A model generated the notes under the pieces. The model ran no database searches. It saw nothing but the letters and a program-made list of their open reading frames with translations, and had not been told where the DNA came from. 64,000 nt of DNA from the sequence record OQ708376.1. One strand, 5' to 3'. Below are positions 50,395-61,008 of the stretch, piece after piece (positions within the stretch are counted from its first letter, which is position 1; every line of letters starts with the position of its first letter). A program made the translations under genes and the position numbers. This stretch comes from Escherichia phage vB_EcoM_CRJP21.

Positions 50395-53300
50395 TTAAGA
50401 ACCGATATTAATATTACTTTTAGCTAGTGAGTTAACAATTTGAACATTTTCAACAGATGCAGTACTCAAAAATATTTGGTCTGAACGTGAAGGGATTTCA
50501 AATAGAGAGCCAAATTTTGAATTTGGATTTTGTGCAACTATAACAATGGTACTAATATGTCTACCTAACTGTGAGTGTATGTAAGTACACAAATCAGTAT
50601 AATAGAAACTTTCACCGAAATCCCAGTTGTCAACATTGAAGTATTCATTAGTTAATGCTATAACATTTTGACGAATTTCATCGTCACTCATTGTGCTGTT
50701 TGGTAATTTCACTACTTTAAAATCAGCTTTGTAATCTTCAGCAGCACTGTTGCCAAATAAAGGTAAGTACTCAGCACTATGCCAAATAATACTATCACTA
50801 ATGACTATTTTTTGTTCAACATCTTTGAACATATCTTTCAATTCAACCGATGTAGGTGGTTTAGGAATACTACCAACAGCATTATTTTTCAACCAAACGT
50901 CAACTTCAGTTTTATATGAATTGGTTAATACATACATATCAATTAAGTTTGTTCTACTAGGATCAATGCGATTGTCGTCAGGTGCATAGTGTTTCCAATG
51001 GAAGTCTATACTAGTACGTGCATTAGTTTTAACAGTGTACTGTGAAGTAACATCTTTGTATCCATAATAATCTAGCTTCTGATTCTCGTCAGCATTAGTT
51101 CCCATGTTATTAATTGCACGATAAAAAGCCAATTCAGGACTAACAGTGCCAGTATCATCGGAATAAGTTAAATTACTAATTAGCTGTCCTAAACGATCAT
51201 TGTTATTACCAACTGTTTGTTCAATAAAATAATATTTACCATCATAGTTAAAACCAACTAAAAATCCAGAACCTTTACTATATAATCCACTCAATGTGGT
51301 TGAACGAATTGCGTTATTTCTAACAAATTCAGTTCTTTTATATGCATTCGGCTCTGCCAAGGCTTGTTCCATTGTATAAGACCACGATGAATCAAGAAGT
51401 GTGAAGGTATCATTTGGTAACGACAGTACTGATATAGTGAAATCACTATTTTCCTGAAATACCAAAATACCACCATATTTTAATGCATCGGTTCCAGTCC
51501 AAGTAGGAACAATTTCTTTAAATTGGTTTGGTTCCAATGGTATACCATTACTATCTACTTTCCTAGATGTAACAATAACACGAGAACCATCTAGATAGCC
51601 ATTCTCTTGTTGAATTGTGTCATAAATTTGAAAATCTATATTACTTGTCAATCCTGAATTACTACTACTAGTAGTGTTAGATGATAAAATTTCAATCTTA
51701 TCACTTTGAACTGTACCAGTACTAATATCAGTAATTTTTTTAGATGATACAAAGTAAAATCTTACTTTTTCTCCACCCACAAAAATATATTCAATACCGT
51801 TAGCATCAAATTCCCAAGTTTCTGCTGTATATTTTACATTAATTATAATTAAAACTTCATTACCATTATATACAATAGTATCATCATTGGTACTTACTTC
51901 AATAGGAACCCATGATGTCGTTTCTTTGTCATGTACAATAACAAAATCAGTTTTTTTATCTAGCATAGCAGAAATTGCTTGAACTTCAACCGAGTTAAAT
52001 CTAGTTCTATATGGTAAAATGTACTCTATGGCTTGCATTCCACTTGGAACCGATGTACTCAGTACATAAAATCCATTATCCAATACACTAACTACACTAG
52101 CCCATATAGTAGTTCCAGAATTAGAAAATTTAATTAGAGTACCAACCTGATATGAACCATAAACTGTACCAGATGAACCCAAAATTCTACCATATGTGTT
52201 AGTTGTATAATTTGAATTGTATACCGGAGTCCATGCTTGTTGTATTTCAATACCAATTGTATTTGATGGAAACGCTTGGTAACGTTGTATTACCGCATTT
52301 TCACCAATCAATGGTTGAATATTGTCAATAACAATACTAGCATTTGTTTTTGTAGTTGGTAGCAATAATGATCTATTAAATTGTGTGTTTTCTTGATATA
52401 ATGCACCATCATCACTAAAAACATCGGTATTTTGATACTTACCAGTAGGATCATTAATATCAATAAATCTTGATTGTCCACTATAAATTCTATTAATAGC
52501 TTTAGATTTAAGTACAGTATTGCCTAAACTAAGTGGTGCAATATTATAATCTTCACCATTGACAAAACGGTTTTGTGTATAGTACATTTGTGGTGCACGT
52601 GCTTTAATCTGCTCAATAGTCTCTGCACTTTGTGCACGGTCGGACTCATATTGTAATGAAAAACGTATATCCAATGTACTAGATTCATAACTTGACTGTG
52701 TTTTTGTACGATATGTATATTTTACGCTTTTGTTTTGAATTTCAGAAGTTTTAATGTTATATGTTTTACCATTACTAACACGATACCATACGCGGAACGT
52801 CCCACGGGGAACAACACCACTTCTTGAGTCTGGATACTTAATTGTTATTTGATCTTTATCACGAGTAGTAACAGCAAAAATTGTTTTTAATTGACGATTA
52901 ACAGTGTTATATGCAATACTTTCCATTGATGGAACTTTTGTCCATTTGGTACGAACAATACCATCTTCATTTATTTCTTGAACCCATACATCAGTTTCGT
53001 TGATATTATCAACGTTAATATCTTGTATACGGTTCTCTTCACGGATAGCATATTGATAATCTTGATATGTCAATGTACCTTGTACGAAATATACAAAAAA
53101 ACCAGTATTTGGTGAACTAAATCCATTACCATCATTTTGATAAACAATATATTTTTGCTCTTGTGGTTCTGGATGTCGTTCTTCAACACCAACAGACGTA
53201 ATATCAGGATTCACTACTTCAAATGTCATAGATTCACCATTGACAGTTGCAATAAATGGAATACTGGGTGCTGTCATTGGGATGGTGTTCATTCGATATA

Positions 53301-53856
53301 GTTGACGAGAGACACCATTAACATCAATACGCTTGACTGGATTACCAAATTGGTTAGTACTGACAAATGAACTGTTCATTACTAGAATGAAGTTTTCATA
53401 CCAGTTAGCATCCATCGGGTCATTCCAACGAATGATTTTATCTTTTAATGATTCATTAAAACTATTACGAACATCTTGGTTTGTTTTAATTTCGGTTAAT
53501 TTAGCAACTGCACGACCTGGATATGAGCGGCGTGGTGAGTAAGAAATCATTTTAGCTAGTTTTAGTACTGATGCACGACGAGTTGCAGTATCTAAAAAGT
53601 TTTCACGTGTGTTCAAATCCATACGAAATGCCAAGTTCTGCCCTAGCATAGAAATCGTATCTAAAATAAAAATAAACTGGTCGTTTTCGATCCAGTCGTT
53701 GAATGAGTCTGGGTAAGTTGCACGTAGATAATCAATCATACTCTGACGGATAGTATCGAAGTCATAAGCTGTAAGATTGATTTTATAAAAACTTTCATAT
53801 ACTTGAGTCCAATCCTCACCAGCGTATAAATTTGATTGCCTTTTTTGTTGTGACAT
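50395..53856 (-). CDS. Baseplate wedge protein (T4 gp6-like / baseplate J-like)
   Basis: 1153 aa; AAGGAA RBS; N-terminal region YDFDTIRQSMIDYLRATYPDSFNDWIENDQFIFILDTISMLGQNLAFRMDLNTRENFLDTATRRASVLKLAKM follows the gp6 N-terminal pattern (IKQNLIEWL...LNVLCDLLAYNTLYIQQFGNAAVYESFMRTANLRSSVVQAAQ). Confidence 0.65.
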   Translation of the reverse strand: MSQQKRQSNLYAGEDWTQVYESFYKINLTAYDFDTIRQSMIDYLRATYPDSFNDWIENDQFIFILDTISMLGQNLAFRMDLNTRENFLDTATRRASVLKLAKMISYSPRRSYPGRAVAKLTEIKTNQDVRNSFNESLKDKIIRWNDPMDANWYENFILVMNSSFVSTNQFGNPVKRIDVNGVSRQLYRMNTIPMTAPSIPFIATVNGESMTFEVVNPDITSVGVEERHPEPQEQKYIVYQNDGNGFSSPNTGFFVYFVQGTLTYQDYQYAIREENRIQDINVDNINETDVWVQEINEDGIVRTKWTKVPSMESIAYNTVNRQLKTIFAVTTRDKDQITIKYPDSRSGVVPRGTFRVWYRVSNGKTYNIKTSEIQNKSVKYTYRTKTQSSYESSTLDIRFSLQYESDRAQSAETIEQIKARAPQMYYTQNRFVNGEDYNIAPLSLGNTVLKSKAINRIYSGQSRFIDINDPTGKYQNTDVFSDDGALYQENTQFNRSLLLPTTKTNASIVIDNIQPLIGENAVIQRYQAFPSNTIGIEIQQAWTPVYNSNYTTNTYGRILGSSGTVYGSYQVGTLIKFSNSGTTIWASVVSVLDNGFYVLSTSVPSGMQAIEYILPYRTRFNSVEVQAISAMLDKKTDFVIVHDKETTSWVPIEVSTNDDTIVYNGNEVLIIINVKYTAETWEFDANGIEYIFVGGEKVRFYFVSSKKITDISTGTVQSDKIEILSSNTTSSSNSGLTSNIDFQIYDTIQQENGYLDGSRVIVTSRKVDSNGIPLEPNQFKEIVPTWTGTDALKYGGILVFQENSDFTISVLSLPNDTFTLLDSSWSYTMEQALAEPNAYKRTEFVRNNAIRSTTLSGLYSKGSGFLVGFNYDGKYYFIEQTVGNNNDRLGQLISNLTYSDDTGTVSPELAFYRAINNMGTNADENQKLDYYGYKDVTSQYTVKTNARTSIDFHWKHYAPDDNRIDPSRTNLIDMYVLTNSYKTEVDVWLKNNAVGSIPKPPTSVELKDMFKDVEQKIVISDSIIWHSAEYLPLFGNSAAEDYKADFKVVKLPNSTMSDDEIRQNVIALTNEYFNVDNWDFGESFYYTDLCTYIHSQLGRHISTIVIVAQNPNSKFGSLFEIPSRSDQIFLSTASVENVQIVNSLAKSNINIGS

Positions 53857-53923
53857 AATTTATTCCTTTAAATCAGTAAAGTACTAGTTCAGTACTGGGA
53901 ATTATATATAGAAATATTTATTC

Positions 53924-53954
53924 AAAAAGAAAAGCACTCCGAAGAGTGCTTTTG
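53924..53954 (-). terminator. Rho-independent terminator after the gp25-like gene
   Basis: AGCACTC-cgaa-GAGTGCT stem with a T-tract on the minus strand. Confidence 0.5.
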
Positions 53955-53957
53955 TAA

Positions 53958-54353
53958 TTATAAAGACGATACTGAATATGTTGCCATTCTGTTATTACTT
54001 CTTGCATCGAATACAATAGTAAGTTCTTCTAATGTATCCAATACTACGTACTGTAATACAATATTCATTTGGTATCCATATTCTATTCTTGAAATTTGCA
54101 ATTTCTTAAGATTTAAGCGTGGATCTAAGCTAATTATTCTACGGGCATCTGCTTCCAAAAGGTTGATAGTATTATAACCTTCCAATTCAAACAGCAAATC
54201 CCATGCAATAAAACCATAGTCAGCATCAAATGCTCTTTCGCCTTTTTTTGTATTGAAATGATTCATTAAATCTTGGCGAACCAATTCACTATCATACAAT
54301 GTTTCAGTTCTACCCACTACTGGGGTAGAAAAACCTTTAAAAACAACTGCCAT
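53958..54353 (-). CDS. Baseplate wedge protein (T4 gp25-like / GPW family)
   Basis: 131 aa; LVRQDLMNHFNTKKGERAFDADYGFIAWDLLFE parallels T4 gp25 RSIKNSLLGIITTRKGSRPFDPEFGCDLSDQLFE; AAGGAA RBS. Confidence 0.65.
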   Translation of the reverse strand: MAVVFKGFSTPVVGRTETLYDSELVRQDLMNHFNTKKGERAFDADYGFIAWDLLFELEGYNTINLLEADARRIISLDPRLNLKKLQISRIEYGYQMNIVLQYVVLDTLEELTIVFDARSNNRMATYSVSSL

Positions 54354-54368
54354 TGACTATTTCCTTTA

Positions 54369-54857
54369 TTATACGGATTCAACAATACGTGCCATCTTTT
54401 CCGCTCTTGAAGTGGTTTGTTTATACCATGTACTATCACGCAATTCCTTACCAGCAGTTTTATAATCAGCCTTACCTAATGCGGTCATTGCTTTTTTAAA
54501 TTTTAAAACTTTGGTTTTTCCCATCTGGAATACCATCAACCATAATACACGTTGAACCTGTACAGGTGCGGTCATACCAAATTGTTCATAAATTGATTTT
54601 GCATCATTGTACGCAGTTTGAGCATCTTTAAGAAGAAGTTGGTCAGCTTGTGCTTCTGTTAAACCATTCTTGAAATTTTCACCAGGTAAAACTAGGTGAC
54701 CATAGCCAATAGTATCAAGACCTAAGCTGTCTTTATATACCCAAAACTTATCATTTTTAAAATAACCAAGTTTTTTCTGATAAGCAATAGTTCCTTCAAA
54801 TTCTTTAATTTCCTTAAAAAATTGCTCATCTGTATTTTTAATTTCCCATTTACTCAT
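54369..54857 (-). CDS. Endolysin, T4 lysozyme (GH24)-like
   Basis: 162 aa; EFEG...YKDSLGLDTIGYGHL supplies the catalytic Glu/Asp/Thr triad pattern of T4 lysozyme; MVFQMGKTKVLKF...W..QT.SRA..MARI matches T4L MVFQMGETGVAGF...WYNQTPNRAKRV. Confidence 0.8.
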   Translation of the reverse strand: MSKWEIKNTDEQFFKEIKEFEGTIAYQKKLGYFKNDKFWVYKDSLGLDTIGYGHLVLPGENFKNGLTEAQADQLLLKDAQTAYNDAKSIYEQFGMTAPVQVQRVLWLMVFQMGKTKVLKFKKAMTALGKADYKTAGKELRDSTWYKQTTSRAEKMARIVESV

Positions 54858-54873
54858 AAAGATATCCTCGTTT

Positions 54874-54881
54874 TATTTATA
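54874..54881 (-). promoter_or_regulatory. T4-type late promoter (TATAAATA) upstream of the endolysin gene
   Basis: Perfect TATAAATA on the minus strand 16 nt upstream of the ATG, with a GAGGA RBS between them. Confidence 0.45.
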
Positions 54882-54893
54882 GTACTAAAATAT

Positions 54894-57557
54894 TTATTGA
54901 CATGCCTCTAAACGACGAGCCATTAACTCAGCACGGCGAGTAGTTTGGCGATACCAAGCTGAATTACGTATTTGAGCAGCAGCTTGTTTATAATTACCTT
55001 TAGCTAATTCAGACAACATAGTTTTAAATTTAAGTACCCCACCTTTACCCATCTGGAATACCATTTGGCATAGTACTTGTTGAGCCAAATAAGGTGTTTT
55101 CATGTTGTATGAAGCATAAATTGATTTAGCATCATATATAGCTTTACTACTATCACGAACTAACATATCGTTGGCTTGCTGTTCAGTTATTCCATCTGAA
55201 AAGTTTTCACCACTAATAATTAAGTGACCATAACCAATAGTTGGATACCCACGACTATCCAAATAACGCCAGAATTTACCATTACGATAATATCCTTTTG
55301 CTTGTTGGTATTGTAATGTACCTTCATATTCTTTTAATTCAGAAATAAATTGTGCATCACCTGGAACAACTTTCCAATCGATTGCAGTTTTATCAACATT
55401 TCCAATATTATAGGTAGGTTGCTCCACCGGAGTTGTTGAAGCTCCACTTCTCTGTGTTCTTCTCCTACGAGGCACATGACGAGAACCACGTTGAGAATAT
55501 CCAGTACCTATCGTTTTGATTTTTGTTGTAACTACCAATTCATCACTATCAACTGAAGGTTGTACAACTGCTTTTGGAGCAGATTGATTAGTTGCTTGAC
55601 CACCAATTAATGTTTTATTCGCCGCATCAGACCCTGTTCCTGTTTGTGAAGCATAAAATAATCCTGGGTCAACAGAACCACTGAATCCAAGAACATTTGC
55701 TGATGTAACACGAATTTCAAACTGTATGACACCATTTGCTTTTCCAACAACTTGACCTTTTTGAACAACATCTTTGTTTAATAAATCAGATTGAATATTA
55801 TAAAAAATAGATTTATATCCAGACTTATGTTGTATTAAAAGAGCACCATTAGTAATTACTACCACACCACCATCTGGTGCAACTACATCACCTTTACATT
55901 GTATTTCCCAACCTGAACGGTCTGCCTTTCCTCCACTTTGTGTTGGAACACCTTTCCCCCAGTAACCATATTGTCGAATAGTACCGCTACATGGCATTAA
56001 CATATGTAAACCTTCATATGTAATACTATATCCAGTCATCCCAGGATCAGATGTCATCAAATCTTGTGATTGAACTTGTTCAGTTTCTGATGTATAGTTA
56101 ACAAACTGAACAGCTTCAGTGTCTTGTGCTACGGGTAATTCTGGTGATACATCATTTGCTGGTTGTGGTTGTACTGGTGATTCACTAGAACCACTTCCAC
56201 CACCTTGTCTTGGTGGTTCAACATAACTACCATGATTTTCAGCGTTAACCCATGCAGCAATATCATGAATGTGTTCATTAAGACCAGCAGATGGTGTTCT
56301 AAAGTTTGGTGCAGTAAATTCAGCAGTACCGCTATTACCACCACTATTAACTGTTAATGTTTGACCACCACCACTAATAATTGCTGATGATGATCCAATT
56401 AGGTTTGCAGATGTTGCGGCAGAAATAGAAGCATTTGAACCAGCCGTAATATCAGTACTGCTACCACTTTGCATACGTAATGATGCAGCAGTAACTAAAC
56501 GAAGGTCTGCCCCAGAATTAACAACAACTTGTCCACCAACTTTTGCATCAAGAGCACCAATTAGATCTAATTTAGTATTTGCACCAACTCGTGCATTGAA
56601 ATCTTGTCCGGTTTCAATATTATATGAACGTCCAGCAGTAATATTAATATCTTGACCAGCACGAATATTAATATTCTTATCACAGTGCATGTCAATATCA
56701 CCTTCACCAGTGAATTTTATACGTGCAGTGCCATCACGATTAATTAAAAGAACATCACCAGTAGCTTCTGATAAAAGAAGTTGTGCACCACTACGTGTTT
56801 TTATTACGACACCTTCATTTTTACGAGAACCAACACGTGTATCGTTTACTGGGTTATTAAATTGTGTATCTTGATATCCATCTGGGTCTTGATCCCACGT
56901 TGGTGCTGTTAATTCCTCTTCAGTATATCCATCATCAATAATAAAACTATTACCACGTGGCGAAGACATACCATATACAGTACTGGTGGTTTGTCGAGTA
57001 CTACTACGATTCGCCAACCCAGCTTCTTCGTCATATAAAAGGTTTTGCTTTTTAAGACCTGCGATAATTGGAACGTTAGCATATTTGTCTTGCATATCGG
57101 TAGTGATAGTGTTACGATCATAGTCAGTAACAGGAAGTGGCATATCAGTTCCACCATAATTACTTACTTCAGTTGCCATACCTGGAACCATCGTATTCAT
57201 ACGCTGGTCATATACACAACCAATCCAATATGCTTGGAATGTACGGGCTTGTGCAAAAATTACAACAACTGTACACCCTACGTCTGGTGGTACTGCCCAA
57301 AAACCGTATCCTTTTGGATATTGACCATATGCATCAGCACTTGGAATACCTGGTGTTTTACCAGCAAAAGGAGACATGTAAGATGCTTCTATCCATGATT
57401 CTTTTGAGTTTTTATCACTTTGAGAACCTTGTATCCAAACTTTCAGTTTTCCTGATTTAGTTGGATCTCTGTTATCCATAACAGTTGCTAACTGCGGATA
57501 AGATGGGTCAAAACGACCCAACTGCTGTTGTGCATACTTTTTACTTGTATCTGCCAT
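54894..57557 (-). CDS. Baseplate central spike / hub protein (gp5-like) with C-terminal GH24 lysozyme domain
   Basis: 887 aa; N-terminal gp5/VgrG-type OB-fold pattern (KSGKLKVWIQG...GYGFWAVPPDVGCTVVVIF...AYWIGCV); middle beta-helix-like repeats (NINIRAGQDINITAGRSYNIETGQDFNARVGANT...); degenerate M23-like segment; C-terminal T4-lysozyme-like domain (EYEG...YLDSRGYPTIGYGHL...MVFQMGKGGVLKF) paralogous to the adjacent endolysin. Confidence 0.75.
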   Translation of the reverse strand: MADTSKKYAQQQLGRFDPSYPQLATVMDNRDPTKSGKLKVWIQGSQSDKNSKESWIEASYMSPFAGKTPGIPSADAYGQYPKGYGFWAVPPDVGCTVVVIFAQARTFQAYWIGCVYDQRMNTMVPGMATEVSNYGGTDMPLPVTDYDRNTITTDMQDKYANVPIIAGLKKQNLLYDEEAGLANRSSTRQTTSTVYGMSSPRGNSFIIDDGYTEEELTAPTWDQDPDGYQDTQFNNPVNDTRVGSRKNEGVVIKTRSGAQLLLSEATGDVLLINRDGTARIKFTGEGDIDMHCDKNINIRAGQDINITAGRSYNIETGQDFNARVGANTKLDLIGALDAKVGGQVVVNSGADLRLVTAASLRMQSGSSTDITAGSNASISAATSANLIGSSSAIISGGGQTLTVNSGGNSGTAEFTAPNFRTPSAGLNEHIHDIAAWVNAENHGSYVEPPRQGGGSGSSESPVQPQPANDVSPELPVAQDTEAVQFVNYTSETEQVQSQDLMTSDPGMTGYSITYEGLHMLMPCSGTIRQYGYWGKGVPTQSGGKADRSGWEIQCKGDVVAPDGGVVVITNGALLIQHKSGYKSIFYNIQSDLLNKDVVQKGQVVGKANGVIQFEIRVTSANVLGFSGSVDPGLFYASQTGTGSDAANKTLIGGQATNQSAPKAVVQPSVDSDELVVTTKIKTIGTGYSQRGSRHVPRRRRTQRSGASTTPVEQPTYNIGNVDKTAIDWKVVPGDAQFISELKEYEGTLQYQQAKGYYRNGKFWRYLDSRGYPTIGYGHLIISGENFSDGITEQQANDMLVRDSSKAIYDAKSIYASYNMKTPYLAQQVLCQMVFQMGKGGVLKFKTMLSELAKGNYKQAAAQIRNSAWYRQTTRRAELMARRLEACQ

Positions 57558-57570
57558 AATATTTTATTCC

Positions 57571-59820
57571 TTAATCAACTATACTATCGTGACGTTTGAG
57601 TGCACGAATTACAATTGCAGCTTGAATTTGTTGTGTAAAAGAACCACCTGCACCAAAATCATGAACAATTTTATTAACACGATAAATTGTTTGGTTAAAT
57701 GTGGTTGGTGTATTAATATCCAAAACACCAGTGTTATCATTTATTGATATTACTGGTTGTAATTTTAGTAATAGATACGCTTCAGATGTTATATAATTTG
57801 CTACATGATAATCATCTGGGTTAATTTCCATATCTTCACCATTAATTACTTGTTCTAGATATTGTAAGTAAGAGTAATCACTCCACCCTAACCAGTACGG
57901 GTCGCCTACTACACGCATATCGAGTTTACACAAAAAAGGTCTATTGTAATAGTTGTCACGTATTTTACGTCTATCCATTTCATATGTGCTGCTGTTATCG
58001 TTTAACGAAGCGGATAAAGTTGTTTCATTGTTAGTTGCTTCAGTTGGCATTGTGAACACTTCACCATAACGGTGACCAACACCATCAGTACCGCCATCGT
58101 TTTCTTCATAAGTGGTTACATAATCCTCAATATATTGAGGTAAAACATTGACTTGATAGTTATTATAACGGTCTTGTTCTTCTGCGTTACCAACCTGCAT
58201 TTGATTTTTTGCTAAAGTTTCAACTTCAGTTAACAATTGTTGTTGGGCTTGTGTTAACATCCCTCCTAAATCACGAGTTACACGTAAATCACTTGTTTTT
58301 GCCCATGCGTCTGGTATACTATTGTATTGTACACCTTGAATATTGAGTTCTTGGGATGTATGTGTACCTGCATGGTTCGCTACATCTTGTATCGGACCAG
58401 GGTTACGTGTAGTGGCTACGAAAAATTGCTGATCAAATTTCAAATCCAAATCAAGTATCTCACTATTAAGCCCACTAAATTGATAATTATAAGTTTTCAT
58501 GTTTATTTTTGGTTTTTGATCATTAGGATCTACGTATTTTTCTGCGTTCTCAAAAAAGTACTCAAATGTGAAATTTTCAGGTTGTAAATCCGATTCATGA
58601 ACAATATCACCTATTTTAAATCTAACAATATAAAAAATTACTTTATAAACAGAAGTATTACGATAATTATCAAAACCAACGTATTGTTTAACTGGTATAA
58701 TGTTTACAAATTGACGCACACTAGTACTATCATCGGCTTGTACAGTACATGTATCAATAACGTCATCAATAATTCGAGATATAGGAGTACTTGGGTTCCA
58801 TGAAAAGTTTTTAGAACCTTGTGCACCACTTTTAGTTGTTCCGGCCTCTGCCATTTGTTTAGAATCATAGTTTATAAACAAATCTTGCAAATCAGGTGCT
58901 ACTTTAAATTCGAAAAATTTACCTTCGGATAATTCACCAAATTTATATCTAAGATAACCATATTGTTGGTCAGCCATCTGATTTAATTTATCTTCTAAAT
59001 CAAAGCAGAAGTCACCAAAGTTTTCAGCAGTACAATTGAATGGTTCTTTTAAGGTCCATTCAATGTTATCAACTAAAGCTGCTCTATTATGAACTAAGTT
59101 CATAGTATACATCATAGTACTACCACTTTGTGAAGCACTTGCAGTAACACTATTAATTTTAACTGACCAGCGTCTTGTTGTTTCTGGGATAATTTCAGGT
59201 ATTCCATTTTTATTAAAGCCAATAAACTTTAATTCCAAGATCAATGGCAAGTCCATAAATTTATGATATCTAAGTTTGTTACTTAACGAAATTAATTCAT
59301 CATATAGACTCATACTATTATTTTCAGACATATTAAGTACTGCTGTATTAAAACAATAGTTTGTTGTCATTCCTGGTGTTGAAGGTCCAGCTTGTGTCAT
59401 TTGTACACTAGTGATATTATATTTGCCAGTAACACCACTTTCTGATATCACATGTCGTTGCACTTCTGCATCTGGGTAAAGCCAAAAGTTTTTAAAATCA
59501 TCTTTATCTAAGGCAAATAAACAAAAGTGCCAAGTTGGGTTATCATATTTCAATAATTTATTGTCATACGGTATTACAAACTGACTTAAATCGAGATCTT
59601 CATAAACTTGATCAACACTAGCACTTTGTTTTGGTAATGATACTACATTACTTACATTTGCTTTGTAATTATTTTTTGTAATAGTTTTTACATCATTTTG
59701 TAATGTATTTGCTGTAGCTTTCAAACTATCAAGTGCATTAGATGTGGTGGTTTTAGCCTTACCAGTAATACTTGTAATATCATTTTGAAAATTATCAACT
59801 GTACTTCGTAAATCTGCCAT
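57571..59820 (-). CDS. Putative baseplate hub or tail-associated structural protein
   Basis: 749 aa immediately upstream of the gp5-like gene on the same strand; GGAGT RBS; N-terminal coiled-coil-like region; no motif recognised. Confidence 0.4.
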   Translation of the reverse strand: MADLRSTVDNFQNDITSITGKAKTTTSNALDSLKATANTLQNDVKTITKNNYKANVSNVVSLPKQSASVDQVYEDLDLSQFVIPYDNKLLKYDNPTWHFCLFALDKDDFKNFWLYPDAEVQRHVISESGVTGKYNITSVQMTQAGPSTPGMTTNYCFNTAVLNMSENNSMSLYDELISLSNKLRYHKFMDLPLILELKFIGFNKNGIPEIIPETTRRWSVKINSVTASASQSGSTMMYTMNLVHNRAALVDNIEWTLKEPFNCTAENFGDFCFDLEDKLNQMADQQYGYLRYKFGELSEGKFFEFKVAPDLQDLFINYDSKQMAEAGTTKSGAQGSKNFSWNPSTPISRIIDDVIDTCTVQADDSTSVRQFVNIIPVKQYVGFDNYRNTSVYKVIFYIVRFKIGDIVHESDLQPENFTFEYFFENAEKYVDPNDQKPKINMKTYNYQFSGLNSEILDLDLKFDQQFFVATTRNPGPIQDVANHAGTHTSQELNIQGVQYNSIPDAWAKTSDLRVTRDLGGMLTQAQQQLLTEVETLAKNQMQVGNAEEQDRYNNYQVNVLPQYIEDYVTTYEENDGGTDGVGHRYGEVFTMPTEATNNETTLSASLNDNSSTYEMDRRKIRDNYYNRPFLCKLDMRVVGDPYWLGWSDYSYLQYLEQVINGEDMEINPDDYHVANYITSEAYLLLKLQPVISINDNTGVLDINTPTTFNQTIYRVNKIVHDFGAGGSFTQQIQAAIVIRALKRHDSIVD

Positions 59821-59831
59821 ACGTTACTCCA

Positions 59832-60146
59832 TTAGCCTATGTTTCGAGTACCATTAAGATAATTCTGTACTCTTTGATTTGCTGGTATTCTAATTGTTAC
59901 TCCACTTTTAAAATTATATATAGGATCTTCTCCTAGTATGTCTGGATTTAACAATGCGAAAATATAATATAAGCGTTCATTACCATACATTTCGTATGCT
60001 AAACGCCAAGGTTGATATTCATATTTCAATGGGATCTCATAAAAATCATCAGTATCAGCCGGAACAATATCACGTGGTAAATTATACCCAAGATACCATG
60101 TTTGTTTCACCTTAGCGTAAGGTGAGTATTGACTATAGTTGGACAT
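59832..60146 (-). CDS. LysM-like baseplate protein (gp53 / P2 gpX-like)
   Basis: 104 aa; AGGAGG RBS; YEIPLKYEYQPWRLAYEMYGNERLYYIFALLNPDILGEDPIYNFKSGVTIRIPA fits the LysM-like tail protein X pattern (..a..YG......l...Np.......l..G..l.IP). Confidence 0.45.
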   Translation of the reverse strand: MSNYSQYSPYAKVKQTWYLGYNLPRDIVPADTDDFYEIPLKYEYQPWRLAYEMYGNERLYYIFALLNPDILGEDPIYNFKSGVTIRIPANQRVQNYLNGTRNIG

Positions 60147-60877
60147 TAAATGAATCCTCCTTTACGTAATAGTTCACCACGTTTGAATGCATTGAGGTTG
60201 AACGTTTTAGTCATATAATCCGATGTTGGCTGTTCTTCAAGTTGTAACATAACTGAGATTTTTTGTGGAACCCAAACTTCATCTTGTGGGTTCATATATC
60301 CAGTACTTCTAAGTTGTTCGAAGAATTTTCTACTATCCATGTCGGATAAATTAAAAGTACTATCGCTACTATTCAACGGAACTTGAATATAAGAAACATC
60401 ATTTGGGTAAGTAAAATTATAAGATTTTAAAATAACAGGAATATCATTATATGTATAACGACCATATCCACTTAGAAGTAAGATTGGTGGTGGTGCACCT
60501 GCAATTGCGAGTTCGGGGTTATTAGCCGAAGCAGCTTGTCTACCAAAATCCATCAACGAAACAGAACGTATAAAATGAACACATGCCAACGCATACATAG
60601 CTTCTGCTGCTGTATTCGCATAAAATTCACCCTGAATCGTGAAAACTGTATTAGTAGTGTTCTTATAGTTGTTATAGTTACTGTTAGTATGTATAGGGGA
60701 CTGTGTTTCATACTGAATTGACCTTTGTTCAGTAATTGTTGGTGTTACAGTCCAAACCAACCCATTAGTTGGACGCAGAAACGAAAGTAGAGTTGGTTCG
60801 GAGCTATCTCCAAAATCACCATATACATAGTTAGCACCTGCGGCTTTAGGTCGTAATCGAATTCTACGATCAATCAT
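60146..60877 (-). CDS. Putative baseplate structural protein
   Basis: 243 aa from the ATG at 60877 (GGAGAA RBS; the track ORF extends 30 codons further upstream); stop overlaps the start of the LysM-like gene (ATGTCCAACTAT... on minus strand). Confidence 0.4.
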   Translation of the reverse strand: MIDRRIRLRPKAAGANYVYGDFGDSSEPTLLSFLRPTNGLVWTVTPTITEQRSIQYETQSPIHTNSNYNNYKNTTNTVFTIQGEFYANTAAEAMYALACVHFIRSVSLMDFGRQAASANNPELAIAGAPPPILLLSGYGRYTYNDIPVILKSYNFTYPNDVSYIQVPLNSSDSTFNLSDMDSRKFFEQLRSTGYMNPQDEVWVPQKISVMLQLEEQPTSDYMTKTFNLNAFKRGELLRKGGFI

Positions 60878-60912
60878 CTTTTTGATTCTCCATAATAAGG
60901 GAACATTTGATG

Positions 60913-60920
60913 TATTTATA
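60913..60920 (-). promoter_or_regulatory. T4-type late promoter (TATAAATA) for the baseplate operon
   Basis: Perfect TATAAATA on the minus strand about 36 nt upstream of the ATG at 60877. Confidence 0.5.
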
Positions 60921-61008
60921 CGTGGGACAAACTGCTTTTTGGTGCTATAATAACATTGATGGTACAAGGATTGTACCTATTGGATTTAAACATGGAGAGT
61001 AAAATACA

